From: Macrostomum lignano
Lineage: Eukaryota
Reading direction: 5' to 3'
DNA length: 64,000 bases
Assembly: GCA_002269645.1 (NCBI GenBank)
Contig: NIVC01002200.1
Coordinates: 62,001 to 126,000, forward strand
The notes under the pieces are model-generated. The model had not been told where the DNA came from, did no database searches, and saw nothing but the letters and a program-made list of their open reading frames with translations. Below are positions 29,684 through 44,639 of this stretch, one piece after another. The translations under genes were made by a program, and so were the position numbers. The stretch's first letter is position 1. Each line of letters begins with the position of its first letter.

Positions 29684-32600
29684 TCAAAAATATTGAGGCG
29701 TTTGCGGCGGCCCAGCCTGTTGAGAATAATTCTGCTGCATCGCCATCTGATGATGCTGCTGATGAGGCTGGTAGAACTGCTGCTGATAGCCACCAGAGGC
29801 GTAGGAGGTTGAGTACATCTGTCTCTGGTATTGATGGCTATAAGAAGAATCTGGCGCCAAGTGCTGCTGCTGATGCTGATGATGATGATACTGGTGCTGC
29901 TGCATCATCACGTGATGCGGCTGGTTGGGGTAGCCAGATTCCAGATACTGACCCGTGTACTCGGTGTACTGATGCAGCACTTGCTGTTGCGGATGCTGAG
30001 GCTGCTGTTTCTGCTGCTGTTGAGCAGATTTTGCGGTTGATGAAGCTGCTGCTGCTGCCGATGCGGCCGCTGCGGCTGCTACTGAGGCTGCAGCAACACC
30101 TGGCTGCTGCTGTTGCTGCTTTTGCTGCTGTTGTTGCTGCTGCTGCTGCGGAGTCTGCTGGTTACCGCTGGGTCTGTACTGAATTGTATTGGCGCTTTTA
30201 GCTGAGATTTGCACACCTGCGCTGGTCTGAGGCTGCTGCTGCTGCTGCTGCGGCGGCTCCTGCTGCTGCGGCTGGTTGCTCATCGGAACTGTTGGATAGG
30301 ACATTGCCTGCTGCACCTGCGGCAGGGTGCAAAGGAAAATTGAGATCAATGAGATTACCCGCGCTTCTCAACGGCGATTATCTAGGAATCTAAAGGGGAG
30401 ATTCTCAAAGGCGATTATCTAAGAATCTAAAGGCCGATTCTCAAAGGCGATTATCTAAGAATCTAAAGGGAGATTCTCAAAGGCGATTATCTAAGAATCT
30501 AAAGGCCGATTCTTAAAGGCGATTATCTAAGAATCCAAAGAGAGATTCTCAAAGGCGATTATCTAAGAATCTAAAGGGAGATTCTCAAAGGCGATTATCT
30601 AAGAATCCAAAGAGAGATTCTCAAAGGCGATTATCTAAGAATCTAAAGGGAGATTCTCAAAGGCGATTATCTAAGAATCCAAAGAGAGATTCTCAAAGGC
30701 GATTATCTAAGAATCTAAAGGGAGATTCTCAAAGGCGATTATCTAAGAATCCAAAGAGAGATTCTCAAAGGCGATTATCTAAGAATCTAAAGGGAGATTC
30801 TCAAAGGCGATTATCTAAGAATCCAAAGAGAGATTCTCAAAGGCGATTATCTAAGAATCTAAAGGGAGATTCTCAAAGGCGATTATCTAAGAATCCAAAG
30901 AGAGATTCTCAAAGGCGATTATCTAAGAATCTAAAGGGAGATTCTCAAAGGCGATTATCTAAGAATCTAAAGGCCGATTCTTTAAGGCGATTATCTAAGA
31001 ATCTAAAAGGCTACTCGCAAAGGCGATAGTTTCTTCTAAAGTGAACTTCCAATTGACTATCTAAGTACAACAAGATGGATTTTTTATAACCTGGACCCTC
31101 CTTGCATGCATCTTAGTAAAGTACACTCTTCTAAGATATTCCCTGCAATGATCTGACACTTATAAAGCCAATAAATCACCCCAAAGCGTAACCAACCTGC
31201 ATGTGCGCTTGCGCTCCAACTCCGTTAACAGATTGATAATTCAATTGTTGAACATTTAACTGGGCATTGACAAACGTATTGTTAACAACCATTGGTTGTT
31301 GTGGCTGTTGTTGTTGTTGATTTTGTGGCGAAGGCTGATGCTGAGGCTGAGACTGCTGCTGAGGACTATATTGATGATTTTGATGAAGATGATTATTATT
31401 AGTCATACCAATAGACTGGAATGGCACGCCCATTACTGGCACATCTTTGCTCAGCTTGGCTAAACTGGCCAAGCTGGCGCTGGTGATGTTGGTAGATGCA
31501 GAGCTGCTGGAGCTGCTTGTCCCGATTGATGCGACTGACTGCTCCAGTGCCAGGCCTGACGGCGGCTTCACATCTTGTTGCTGCTGCTGCTGCTGTTGCT
31601 GCTTCTGCTGTTGATCTTTCTTTCGTCTCTTGCTGGCTCCAGAAGCCGGCTTAGGAGCGGCGGCAGGCGTTGGCGTGCTACTAGAAGTAGTAGCTGCAGT
31701 ATTCAAGGTTGTAGGCTGAGCATAGGGATGCTGACGCTTGCCGCCTGGGGCTGGCTGAGCAATCGCTGCTGTAGGTGGCGGAGGCACCGGAGGCGGCTGC
31801 TGCTGCGGAGGCAGACGAGCATGATTCATCATCACGGCATGCGGATACTGATGGTGATACTGAGGAAAGCTGACATTGTCAGGAGGATGCGAATGCAGCT
31901 GAGAAGGCGGCGGCGGAGGCGGCTGCATCTGCTGCGGTGCCAGGCCGGCAGACTGGCCAATTTGCATTATTCGCTGGATTTTCTCCTCCCGTTTGCGCTG
32001 CTGCTCAGCCGTGATGCCGCCAGCTGGCGATGATGGAGGCGGAGGCGGCTGCTGCTGCTGTTGCTGAGGATGATGATGATGAAGAGCCGAAGGCTGAGCC
32101 CGCTGATCCTGTATCCATGGCAACTGTTGCCTATCTAGCCAAGCCTGATGCCACTGGTCCGGTCGCATTGAGTGGCCGCTAGCCGCGCACTGCCTGCTGC
32201 ACTCGTTGGCCATCTGGCTGGCGAATACGCGAACCGGCGGCGGCTGCCTGGCTGGATACTGATAGTGACTGGCGGAGTAGTAGGCTGGGCAGGGCCCGCC
32301 GTTGGGTATTGGGTATTGCTGAGGCTGGGACCTGGATGCTTGGGGCGGCACTGCTGGCTGCTGCGGCTGCTGCTGCCAGGGCGGAGAAGCTGACAGGTAG
32401 TGCTGAAATTGTTGAAAGTCGTGCGACTCGTGCTAGTTCGGCGGCTACAGGCGCGCACTACTATGTGAGTAGCTAAGCAAGGATTTTTATGAAGATTTTT
32501 AGTGTCTTTTCTCAGAAAGAAGGGCTGAAGACGGAAAACATAGAGGGAATAGAGGGAGGGAAGCATTAAAGGGAAATCCTCATTGAGGGGAGAATCAAGC

Positions 32601-35600
32601 CTCATGGAGGAGAACCAATGGGGAATCTTCATGGAGGGGAGAATTAAGGGGAATCTTCATGGAAGGGAGAATCAAGGGGAATCTTCATGGAGGGGAATCC
32701 TCATTGGAGGGGAGAATCAAGGGGAAACCTCATAAAGGGAAATGCTCATTGGAGGGGAAAATCAAGGGGAATCCTCATGGAGGGGAGAATCAAGGGGAAT
32801 CCTCATGGAGGGGAGAATCAAGGGGAATCCTCATGGAGGGGAGAATCAAGGGGAATCCTAATGGAGGGGAGAATCAAGGGGAATCTTTATGAAGGGGAAT
32901 CCTCATGGAGGGGAGAATCAAGGAGAATCCTCATGGAGGGGAGAATCAAGGGGAATCTTTATGAAGGGGAGTCCTCATGGAGGGGAGAATCAAGGGGAAT
33001 CTTTATGAAGGGGAATCCTCATGGAGGGGAGAATCAAGGGAATCTTTATGAAGGGGAATCTTTATGGAGTGGGGAATAAAAAAAGACAGGAATGATTAGA
33101 ACAGCGGGTGGCTGGAATTATTAGAATAGCAGCCATACCATAGACTCGGGCGGGCAATAACTGGAAGCAGGGGAATTAGCAACAAACTGCTGCTGCTGCG
33201 GCAGCTGCATCTGCTGGCGGTCAGCTGGTGCAACAAAGTCAGTTGCTGTTTGCGGTGCGTACGGAGGCTGCGTAATCTGCTGCTGCTGCTGAAAGAAATT
33301 CGTAATGAAAGAAAACTGTTTGCGAAAGTAAATTTATCTACTACTCACAGTAGAGTCGTACGATATTATTAAAAGAATTGGATAATACAAAGCAAGAAAC
33401 ATTGCGACGAAAATATTAAAAATGGGCAATTAGGTGACAAAAAATCTCTGGCCACGCGAGGCTACGAAATCTCAACCTATATGAGTATAAAATTTCTAAT
33501 TATGAAAATCAGAAATTTCAACCCATGAGATCAGGAAATCTCAACCCATGAGACCAGGCAGTCTCAGCCCATGAGATCACGAAATCTCAGCCCATGAGAT
33601 CAGGAAACTTCAGCCCATGAGATCAGGATTCAGGAAGTCTCAGCCCATGAGATCACGAAATCTCAGCCCATGAGATCAGGAAATCTCAGCCCATGAGATC
33701 AGGAAATCTCAGCCCATGAGATCAGGAAATCTCAGCCCATGAGATCAGGAAATCTCAGCCTAGAAGATAACGTTATCCCATTCTCCCAATAAAGTAACAA
33801 CAATGCTGCCCATTAGAAAGGGTACAAATGCTCACCCTGGGATCTCGCGAGGCCACCTGTCGATAGCCGGCCGGGCTGGTCTCAATAGGAGCTGCAGCGG
33901 TATTCACCGGGAACTGCTGCTGTTGCTGAGTTTGCGCAGAAGCAGCAGCAGCAGCAGATGCGCTGCAATTCGAGCCAGGATTCGAGCCGCAGCCTCCGCT
34001 ACCAGGCTGCTGAATCGGCGGAGTTGCTCGTCCAGCTTCCTCTTCTTCATCGGCCGGCACAGGCTCCTTCCTAGCCAATCGCAGCTCCCTGCAGTGCAGG
34101 CGCTCCATTCGGATCAACCGAACCGGATGCAGCTCTTCGTTGCCATGCAGATGGCAGCCCTGCTTCATCTCGTCGATGACCAGCTCGAGCAGGCAGGACT
34201 GCAGGAACACGCCCATGTCCCGCTCGTTCTCGTTCTTCGACGCCGTCATGCGGGCGGTGAACCGCTCCCACTCCTCGGCGCACGGACCGACCACGATCTC
34301 GTACACCTGGTGCGACGAATTCGACTGGCCGCCGGCGGAGCTGCCGTTGCTGGAGCCTCCGCCGCCGTTTCCGACGCTGCCGGCGCCGCCTCCTCCAACG
34401 CCGCTACTGCCGACACCGCCGGAGCCGCTTTCGCCAAGCCGCTGCCTGTACAGTCGGTGATCGTCCAGGTAGAAATGTCGCCGATTGCGCGAGTCGATGC
34501 CGCAGTTGATGGCAACCTGGCCGGTGTCGTCCTGGGCCGACTGTTGCGGCTCGTACTTCATGTCCTGCATCTCCCAGCCTGGGATGACGTCATCGTTTAG
34601 GTAGTCGATCACCTGGAACATTGAATTGAATTGAATTGAATTGGCTTAGCGAATTGGAAGAGTTGAGAGCCCAACAAGCTAATTAGTTGGTCAATTTGAC
34701 AGACACTCAAAAAACTTTTTTAGTCTGCCAATCTATCAATTTATCTATCTACCTATCTACCAATCTACCTATCTATCAATCTACCAATCTGTCAATCTAC
34801 CGATTTATTATTCTATCAATCTCCCAATCTATTATTTTACCAATCTATCAATCTACCAATCTTTCCATCGATCAACCTATCAACCTACTAATCTACCAAT
34901 CTGTCAATCTATCAATCTATCGATCTACTAATCTATCAATCTATCACTCTACCAATCTACCAATCTTTAAATCTATCAACCTACTAATCTACCAATCTAT
35001 CGATCTACTAATCTATCAATCTATCAATCTACCAATCGATCTACTAATCTATCAATCTACCAATCTATCTACTAATCTATCAATCTATCTACTAATCTAT
35101 CAATCTATCACTCTACCAATCTATCAATTTATCAATCGTTAATCTATTAATAAATCCACCAAACTACCAGTAGAAAGTCAAACAAGCCACATTTCAAACG
35201 CGCTAATTACCTTCTTAAGCAGCCGAGCCTTAGACTCAAAGCTGAGATCGTCCAGCTTATTAGCGCCCAACAGTTTGGCAATATGCGGCCGCTTCTCCTG
35301 GAAGTACAGAGCCAGCTGGCGCTCCGCATTGGCCATGGTAACGTTGGGATCGCCGCTGCGCATGACGCGAAGCATTCTAGCCAGGATGTCGCGAACGGCA
35401 CTGGTATCGGCGCTGTCTAGCACCCGTTCCAGATCCGTCAGTCTGACCTTGGCGAATCGAAATCTGCGCTTATGATAAACTAGAAAATACAGCACGCTTG
35501 GCAACTGCCAGTCTTCAAGTTTGCGAACAGTCGACCGACTGGATCCGCTGTCCGAGTGCTGGGCGGACATGTTGGACAGGGGACCGTTTGACAGCGGACC

Positions 35601-35642
35601 ATTGGACATTGGCCCGTTCGATAGCGGTCCGCCATTATCCAT
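29684..35642 (-). CDS. CECR2/RSF1-like chromatin-remodelling accessory protein (DDT-like, WHIM1, WSD) with a long polyQ tail (exons 35642-35211, 34612-33836, 33288-33139, 32402-31197, 30316-29684; ~1065 aa)
   Basis: Segments LEDWQLPSVLYFL..LTDLERVL, LDDLSFESKARLLKK|VIDY, CGIDSRNRRHFYLDDHRLYRQ and EEWERFTARMTASKNENERDM resemble the CECR2/RSF1 N-terminus (recognition from memory, not a search). All four introns are GT-AG and phase 0; exon lengths 432/777/150/1206/633. Confidence 0.7.
30360..31015. repeat. 36-nt minisatellite with alternating 72-nt higher-order unit
   Basis: gattctcaaaggcgattatctaagaatc(t/c)aaag(g/a)ga; intron 4 of the CECR2-like gene. Confidence 0.92.
32570..33075. repeat. ~28-nt purine-rich minisatellite (ggaggggagaatcaaggggaatcctcat)
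   Basis: Direct reading; intron 3. Confidence 0.88.
33520..33760. repeat. 23-nt minisatellite (cagcccatgagatcaggaaatct)n
   Basis: Direct reading; intron 2. Confidence 0.88.
34725..35140. repeat. Degenerate (ATCT/ACCA/ATCA) microsatellite
   Basis: Direct reading; intron 1. Confidence 0.85.
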
Positions 35643-35834
35643 GTCTGCTGTCGCTGTTGAAACAAATCTTCTTTCAATTTAAGAAGATGTTGCAGACTAC
35701 AGGATGCAGAAAAAATATCTCCTTATTAATGGCGCAACGAATGCGCCTGCGGGGGCTCAAATCATTAAATTAAAACAAAATTTGGATGCGCCAATAAGGC
35801 TGCTGCACTTGGAAAAGGCGAGGCTGACTGGATA

Positions 35835-37283
35835 AAACTTAGGATGGATTGCTAATCTAGTCAAAACACTATAATGAATTGTATGGATTGCTAATCTAGT
35901 CAAAACACTATAATGAATAGTATGGATTGCTAATCTAGTCAAAACACTATAATGAATAGTATGGATTGCTAATCTAGTCAAAACACTATAATGAATAGTA
36001 TGAATTGCTAATCTATCAAAACACTATAATGAATAGTATGAATTGCTAATCTAATCAAAACACTATAATGAATAGTATGGATTGCTAATCTAGTCAAAAC
36101 ACTATAATGAATAGTATGAATTGCTAATCTAGTCAAAACACTATAAGAATAGTATGAATTGCTAATCTAGTCAAAACACTATAATGAATAGTATGAATTG
36201 CTAATCTAGTCAAAACACTATAATGAATAGTATGAATTGCTAATCTATCAAAACACTATAATGAATAGTATGAATTGCTAATCTAATCAAAACACTATAA
36301 TGAATTAGTATGATTGCTAATCTAGTCAAAACACTATAATGAATAGTATGAATTGCTAATCTAGTCAAAACACTATAATGAATAGTATGAATTGCTAATC
36401 TAGTCAAAACACTATAATGAATAGTATGGATTGCTAAGCTAGTCAAAACACTATAATGAATAGTATGAATTGCTAATCTAGTCAAAACACTATAATGAAT
36501 AGTATGGATTGCTAAGCTAGTCAAAACACTATAATGAATTGTATGGATTGCTAATCTAGTCAAAACACTATAATGAATTGTATGAATTGCTAATCTAGTC
36601 AAAACACTATAATGAATTGTATGGATTGCTAAGCTAGTCAAAACACTATAATGAATTATGAATTGCTAATCTAGTCAAAACACTATAATGAATAGTATGG
36701 ATTGCTAATCTAGTCAAAACACTATAATGAATTGTATGATTGCTAATCTAGTCAAAACACTATAATGAATAGTATGGATTGCTAATCTAATCAAAACACT
36801 ATAATGAATAGTATGGATTGCTAATCTAGTCAAAACACTATAATGAATTGTATGGATTGCTAATCTAGTCAAAACACTATAATGAATTGTATGAATTGCT
36901 AATCTAGTCAAAACACTATAATGAATAGTATGAATTGCTAATCTAGTCAAAACACTATAATGAATAGTATGGATTGCTAATCTAATCAAAACACTATAAT
37001 GAATAGTATGGATTGCTAATCTAGTCAAAACACTATAATGAATAGTATGGATTGCTAATCTAGTCAAAACACTATAATGAATAGTATGAATTGCTAATCT
37101 AGTCAAAACACTATAATGAATAGTATGGATTGCTAACTAGTCAAAACACTATAATGAATAGTATGGATTGCTAATCTAATCAAAACACTATAATGAATAG
37201 TATGGATTGCTAATCTAGTCAAAACACTATAAGAATAAGTATGGATTGCTAATCTAGTCAAAACACTAAAGGAATAGTATGGA
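35835..37283. repeat. 39-nt satellite (ctaatctagtcaaaacactataatgaatagtatggattg)n running into the gap
   Basis: Direct reading; degrades next to the Ns. Confidence 0.95.
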
Positions 37284-37952
37284 NNNNNNNNNNNNNNNNN
37301 NNNNNNNNNNNNNNNNNNNNNNNNNNNNNNNNNNNNNNNNNNNNNNNNNNNNNNNNNNNNNNNNNNNNNNNNNNNNNNNNNNNNNNNNNNNNNNNNNNNN
37401 NNNNNNNNNNNNNNNNNNNNNNNNNNNNNNNNNNNNNNNNNNNNNNNNNNNNNNNNNNNNNNNNNNNNNNNNNNNNNNNNNNNNNNNNNNNNNNNNNNNN
37501 NNNNNNNNNNNNNNNNNNNNNNNNNNNNNNNNNNNNNNNNNNNNNNNNNNNNNNNNNNNNNNNNNNNNNNNNNNNNNNNNNNNNNNNNNNNNNNNNNNNN
37601 NNNNNNNNNNNNNNNNNNNNNNNNNNNNNNNNNNNNNNNNNNNNNNNNNNNNNNNNNNNNNNNNNNNNNNNNNNNNNNNNNNNNNNNNNNNNNNNNNNNN
37701 NNNNNNNNNNNNNNNNNNNNNNNNNNNNNNNNNNNNNNNNNNNNNNNNNNNNNNNNNNNNNNNNNNNNNNNNNNNNNNNNNNNNNNNNNNNNNNNNNNNN
37801 NNNNNNNNNNNNNNNNNNNNNNNNNNNNNNNNNNNNNNNNNNNNNNNNNNNNNNNNNNNNNNNNNNNNNNNNNNNNNNNNNNNNNNNNNNNNNNNNNNNN
37901 NNNNNNNNNNNNNNNNNNNNNNNNNNNNNNNNNNNNNNNNNNNNNNNNNNNN
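37284..37952. other. Assembly gap (~669 N)
   Basis: Run of N; the end position is fixed by the frame of the flanking ORF. Confidence 0.98.
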
Positions 37953-38437
37953 CAGCGTAACCAGCAGACTCCGCAGCAGCAGCCAAGCAAACACAGCAGC
38001 AAAAGCAGCAACAGCAGCAGCCAGGTGTTGCTGCAGCCTCAGTAGCAGCCGCAGCGGCCGCATCGGCAGCAGCAGCAGCTTCATCAACCGCAAAATCTGC
38101 TCAACAGCAGCAGAAACAGCAGCCTCAGCATCCGCAACAGCAAGTGCTGCATCAGTACACCGAGTACACGGTCAGTATCTGGAATCTGGCTACCCCAACC
38201 ACCGCATCACTGATGATGCAGCAGCACCAGTATCATCATCATCAGCATCAGCAGCAGCACTTGGCGCCAGATTCTTCTTATAGCCATCAATACCAGAGAC
38301 AGATGTACTCAACCTCCTACGCCTCTGGTGGCTATCAGCAGCAGTTCTACCAGCCTCATCAGCAGCATCATCAGATGGCGATGCAGCAGAATTATTCTCA
38401 ACAGGCTGGGCCGCCGCAAACGCCTCAATATTTTTGA
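37953..38437 (+). pseudogene. 3' fragment of the last exon of the CECR2-like gene (second copy), with small indels
   Basis: Ends ...QQAGPPQTPQYF* exactly like 29684; several 1-3-nt deletions near the gap. Confidence 0.75.
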
Positions 38438-38849
38438 GATTCTCGACTATTAGATCGGCTTTTTTAAATCTGCGCTTTATTTACATACTACTGGCGTGTA
38501 CAAATTTGTGAGTAGTATGTATTATACAAAAGCTATAATGCATATTTTTTCTTCCTATTACAAGTATTTGTTTGGCCTTTCTTGTATTCATATAAAGATT
38601 GTGCTCAGAAACTGATTCACGACAATGTTCGCTGCCGCTTCCCTCCCTTCTGTTTGGCCAGATGGACAGGCCAGACCTGTCCTTCGTTTATCCGTCTGTG
38701 GAATTTTTATTCTGCGTATTTTTTTTTAACTAGCTGCGATTTTTATGAAAATTTGGCTTGCAGCTTCTTATGTATAGTAGCTATTGGTGGGGATGCCATG
38801 GATCTCTTGGGCTCCGCTGGTGATCCTGATGACCTTCTTGCTGCCATTT

Positions 38850-39502
<653 letters not shown>

Positions 39503-40284
39503 CCATGTTCTCCACCCTCCATCCGTCCTCCAGCACCGCTCAGTACTCAAGCCCCCAATTCGATCTCAAGCCAGAAGCCGCGCCGTTCTTCTGTCTGCCG
39601 CCTCCTCCCTCTGTTTTAGCACTTTTGGTGTTTTATCATTTTCTGCTTTAACTTGCTGCTGTCGACTTAGCTTTTTACTCGAAAATATTAAAAGTGCTCA
39701 CCATATGCTACTGTTAGTGAGATAGCGTCATTTTAAACATCAATTTCCCCCCTACCAGTGTAAAATAACTTGTCTCTCTGCAAACATTTCAAGTGCTTGC
39801 GATTTCGTATTAAAACTTTACAAACGGTATTTATTTAATCGAAATATCATTGTTCAACTGTAATCTAGTATGGATTGAGTTGATAGACTAAAGTTTATTT
39901 TGACAAGTTTGTGTCAGGCTCCCCTCCCCTGATGTCCTACTGTCTCTGTCTTTTCTAAATTATACAGATTTATTAAAGATGGATTATGCACTGCATCTGT
40001 AGCTCGTACTGTTATCTAGCTTTTATACTGTATAATATTTAATGTGTACTAATATCAGCGCATGCTAATCTTGAAGACAATGCGCCCTGCTTTCTGCTTC
40101 TTGGATATTTCAATTACTGGTATAGGTGAACATGCTGCGTCATCCTGTACTTTGCAAACTCATTTTTTATAAATTATAACTCTGCATTTTCTAATGAAAA
40201 ACGTTACACCAATTCAATTTGAATTAGGCCTGTTATGGACTTGGTTATTTTTCTTGTTAAAGTTGTAAGTCGCGTCTTCTCTCT

Positions 40285-41165
40285 CTCTCCTGCACCCACT
40301 GTCCTCTCACCCTGCACCCACTGTCCTCTCTCCCTGCACCCACTGTCCTCTCTCCCTGCACCCACTGTCCTCTCTCCCTGCACCCACTGTCCTCTCACCC
40401 TGCACCCACTGTCCTCTCACCCTGCACCCACTGTCCTCTCTCCCTGCACCCACTGTCCTCTCACCCTGCACCCACTGTCCTCTCTCCCTGCACCCACTGT
40501 CCTCTCTCCCTGCACCCACTGTCCTCTCACCCTGCACCCACTGTCCTCTCTCCCTGCACCCACTGTCCTCTCACCATGCACCCACTGTCCTCTCTCCTGC
40601 ACCCACTGTCCTCCCACCCTGCACCACTGTCCTCTCTCCCTGCACCCACTGTCCTCTCACCCTGCACCCACTGTCCTCTCTCCCTGCACCACTGTCCTCC
40701 CACCCTGCACCCACTGTCCTCTCTCCCTGCACCCACTGTCCTCTCACCCTGCACCCACTGTCCTCTCTCCCTGCACCCACTGTCCTCTCTCTCTGCACCC
40801 ACTGTCCTCCTGCACCCACTGTCCTCTCTCCCTGCACCCACTGTCCTCTCTCCCTGCACCCACTGTCCTCTCTCCCTACACCCACTGTCCTCTCTCCCTG
40901 CACCCACTGTCCTCTCACCCTGCACCCACTGTCCTCTCACCCTGCACCCACTGTCCTCTCTCCCTGCACCCACTGTCCTCTCTCTCTGCACCCACTGTCC
41001 TCTCTCCCTGCACCCACTGTCCTCTCTCCCTGCACCACTGTCCTCTCACCCTGCACCCACTGTCCTCTCTCCCTGCACCCACTGTCCTCTCACCCTGCAC
41101 CCACTGTCCTCTCACCCTGCACCCACTGTCATCTCCCTGCACCCACTGTCATCTCCCTGCACCTC
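40285..41165. repeat. 22-nt minisatellite (mirror of 26985-27840)
   Basis: Direct reading; more truncated units than in the left arm. Confidence 0.93.
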
Positions 41166-41719
41166 CTCCTATACTGCAACAGGTTTGGAACAGTAAAAAC
41201 GAGGCTGCATAAGAAATGCTACATTCATCTAAAGTACACACAGAACTTCAACATGCAACATCAATAAGCGCATACCAAGTACTCCCGCATTCTTCACGCG
41301 GTCATCAACTTTCTTGTGTAAGCATAAAAGTTGCTAATTTTTCACAGAGATGCTCAGAGAGCAATAAAACATCAATAGAATATGCCGCACATTGGGCTTC
41401 AATTGATGACAGAAAAGCTTTTGTTTTCGATGCACGCACTGACACACCTTGCTAAGGTAAGGTTGGGTGCAATATTTCCAACCGGTAATGTGCAAGTGTC
41501 ACAGGTCACTTCGTTAGCCTACTGCTCTGTAACTCGGCTATGTTATTTCAAATGCTCCTGTATTTTTGTTTGAAAGTAGTTCGATTGGTGCAATCTCCAT
41601 GCACCTCCATTGTGAAAGGAAGATTTGGAATGCATGATATAATGGAGCTTTATACTGCAATTCCCTGCAATAGTCGTATAATGCAGGGACAGGACAGTGG
41701 GTGCAGGGAGAATAAGTGA

Positions 41720-42290
41720 ATGAAGGGAGGTGCAGGGACAGTAAAGTGGATAAGGGAGTTGCAGTGAGGGGAGAGTGAAGTCAATGAAGGGAGGTGCAGA
41801 GAGAGTGAAGTGGATGAATAGAGGTGCAAAGAGAGTGAATTAGATGAAGTGAGGTGCAAGGAGGGTGAAGTGGATCAAGTAAGTGAGGGAGGTGCAGGGA
41901 GAGTGAAGTCGATGAAGGGAGGTGCAGAGAGAATGAAGTGGATGAAGGGAGGTGCAGAGAGAGTGAAGTGGATGAAAGGAGGTGCAGAGAGAGTGAAGTG
42001 GATCAAGTGAGGTGCAGAGAGAGTGAAGTGGATCAAGTGAGGTGCAGAGAGAGTGAAGTGGATCAAGTGAGGTGAGAGAGTGAAGTGGATCAAGTGAGGT
42101 GCAGAGAGAATGAAGTCGATGAAGGGAGGTGCAGAGAGAGTGAAGTGGATCAAGTGAGGTGCAGAGAGAGTGAAGTGGATCAAGTGAGGTGCAGAGAGAA
42201 TGAAGTGGATCAAGGGAGGTGCAGAGAGAATGAAGTCGATGAAGGGAGGTGCAGAGAGAGTGAAGTGGATGAAGGGAGCTGGTATCGGGG
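41720..42290. repeat. 30-nt minisatellite (mirror of 25860-26420)
   Basis: Direct reading. Confidence 0.92.
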
Positions 42291-42624
42291 ATACAGTATG
42301 GGATGAGCAGGTGCAGTGCAGGCGGTGAGCGTGGAGGGTCAGGCAGTCATGAGTCATAGTCATAAATAAAGCGGAAAGAGCTTCGATTGTGGCATAATGA
42401 AATTTAAGAATAAAATGAGACGGTGTGAACTCAATATTGGTGTGTGAACTGAAACCTACGCGATAGCGCAGAAGCGGCCTTAGAATGCGCAATACTGAAA
42501 AGATCCAATCTATCACATATTCCACATCTCCCTTTCATAAGCCCATCATTGTACTTTCAAGGAACCTTCTGAGAATGCGCGGCCGGAAGCCCGCGCTGGC
42601 CGGAGATTGGCCGATGCGGAAGAA

Positions 42625-44329
42625 ATGATGGAGCTGGAGCCCCGCTCTGGTTGCCCCACTCTCTCTCTCTCTCTCTCTCATTTATATTCTCCGTAGCTGG
42701 CCAGGCAGAGCTCAAACTCAAGAGAGAGTCTGTGCAAATAAAAACCTTGCTCTGCACGCTATTTCAACACAGAATGGAATCGGTCTCCGCCGCCGCGTCA
42801 GTTCGATCGCTGGCCGCTGACAGCAGCTCGAAGTCGGATTTCGAAGATCGAATTGATGACAGCGGCAACAACGACTTCGGGCTGGACTCCGACGGCATCG
42901 AGCAGCTCTACGAGTTGCTGCAGCGGCAGCTTGATCGACGCGATGAGGAACCGTCGCCTACGTCGGCATCGACTCGGCTGCCGGACTGGCAGTTTCTCGT
43001 GTCGTCGTCCTCAGCCGAGGGTCCCGACGACAGCGGCGGGGCGCAGCAGCTTCGGCCCGACGCGGTCAAGCGCACCGGCGCGGCTCCGAGTTCCAGCCGG
43101 CTGTGGTCGGTCAAAACCAGTCGGTGCAGCGGCAGGCGCAGCGCCTGCTCCGTCAGTGGTTCGCCGAGCAGCGCTCCCAGCTGGAGAAGCTCGCCGGCTT
43201 GCAGCGGGTCGCCCGCCGCCGTCTTGCCGGCCTGCATCTCGACAGGCGGCGCCAGGCGCGGGAGCGGGCGCGCCGGCGCCAGGACGAGGCCAGGCTGGAC
43301 GCGCAGCGAGCCGACGAGAGGCAGCGCTGGCGCCAAGAATTGGCGCTAATCGAGCGCGCCATGGCGGAGTTGAGCTCGGCGGCTACGGCGGCCGATGACT
43401 CCACGGAGTCGCCGCCAGCTCCTTCTTCGAGGCTGGAGGCGGTTGAAGAACCGCAGCAGCAGCCGCCGCCGCCATCATCTGAACTGGTCACCCTGACGGC
43501 CAAGGTGCTGGAAGTTGACCGGGCCGGCTACAGAGCCGCCGCTGCCAACGCGCCAGATGCGCCGGAGCTGCTGGCGCTGACCCGGTCTCGCAGCAAGAGT
43601 TTCATTCGAGAGGCCAGCGGCAACCTGCGGCCGGCCGAGGCCGACCCGACGCCTGAATATCTGGCGGAGCTCAACTTGCCGCCGCTGACGAAAGTCAAAG
43701 AAACTGCATGCAGCAGCACCGCCAAGAAGAAAGCCAAGAAAAAGCAGGTGACAATTGTGGAATCCCAGCCAGCCGGAGGCCAGCTCCCGCCAGTGTTGAA
43801 GCCGCCGGCATCGAGAAAGCCGTCAGACTCCGAGCGTCGGGCCGTTCGACGCCAGACGGAGGAGCGGCGCATCCTGGACCAGCCGTTCCGGCGCTACCGA
43901 CTGGCACCGGACGGCCGGCTCGAGCCGCTGGAGTCGTCACTGCCCGCCGCCCGGTTCTCCATGGTTGGCGAGCCGTCGAACCGGCCGCTGTACGAGCACC
44001 GGAAGCGGCTGGAGCAGGCCAGGGCGGACCAGCTGGAGAGCATGCGAAGGCTGGACGAGCGAACGGCGGACATGCTGAGGACCGCGCAGGCCGCCACCGC
44101 CGCCGCCATGGTGCAACAGCGCCGTCCGGAGAGAGCTGCTCCTCCCCCGGCAGCTGCGGCATCGGGTCCCGCAGCCTGGGCGAGCGTGTTCATCAGGAAC
44201 GAACTGCCGGAAGGCGTGCAGCCGGGCAGCCTGGAGGCGATGCGCTACGTCGAGTACATCAGGCCGGATCCGCTGAGACCGGACAGGCCGGCCGGCATTG
44301 AGCACGTGTTTAGCGATCTGCAGAATTGA
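42625..44329 (+). CDS. Uncharacterised coiled-coil protein, right copy, with a 1-nt deletion (CCCC to CCC at 43056-43058)
   Basis: Translation matches the left copy on both sides of the frameshift (split ORFs 42651-43349 and 43103-44329). Confidence 0.68.
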
Positions 44330-44639
44330 TTGTTCCTCTGTTGAGACCCGAGCTCAGGAATTTAGAGCTGCTTAGTTAGTAGTATGTGAAGCTTATTTAC
44401 AGCTCAGCGCTTAACAAGTCTGACTCACGGGTTGGATCACGTGACCTTGATTTACGAGTATTTTCATAACGATGCGAACAACTATTTATACGTTGTAAAT
44501 ATTTGAATCTGGCTACTTATAGTACGTGAAGTCAAAGGGAACAACCAGACCTCTTTTTTTCTTTTTTTAGCTTTAATTTCTTTAGCTGCGAGATTGAATT
44601 CAAAGTTGTTAAGTTGTTTGAGGCGCGATTAAATGGATT

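Noticed and set aside
37133-38283. ORFs spanning the N run
   Set aside because: Artefacts of translating N.
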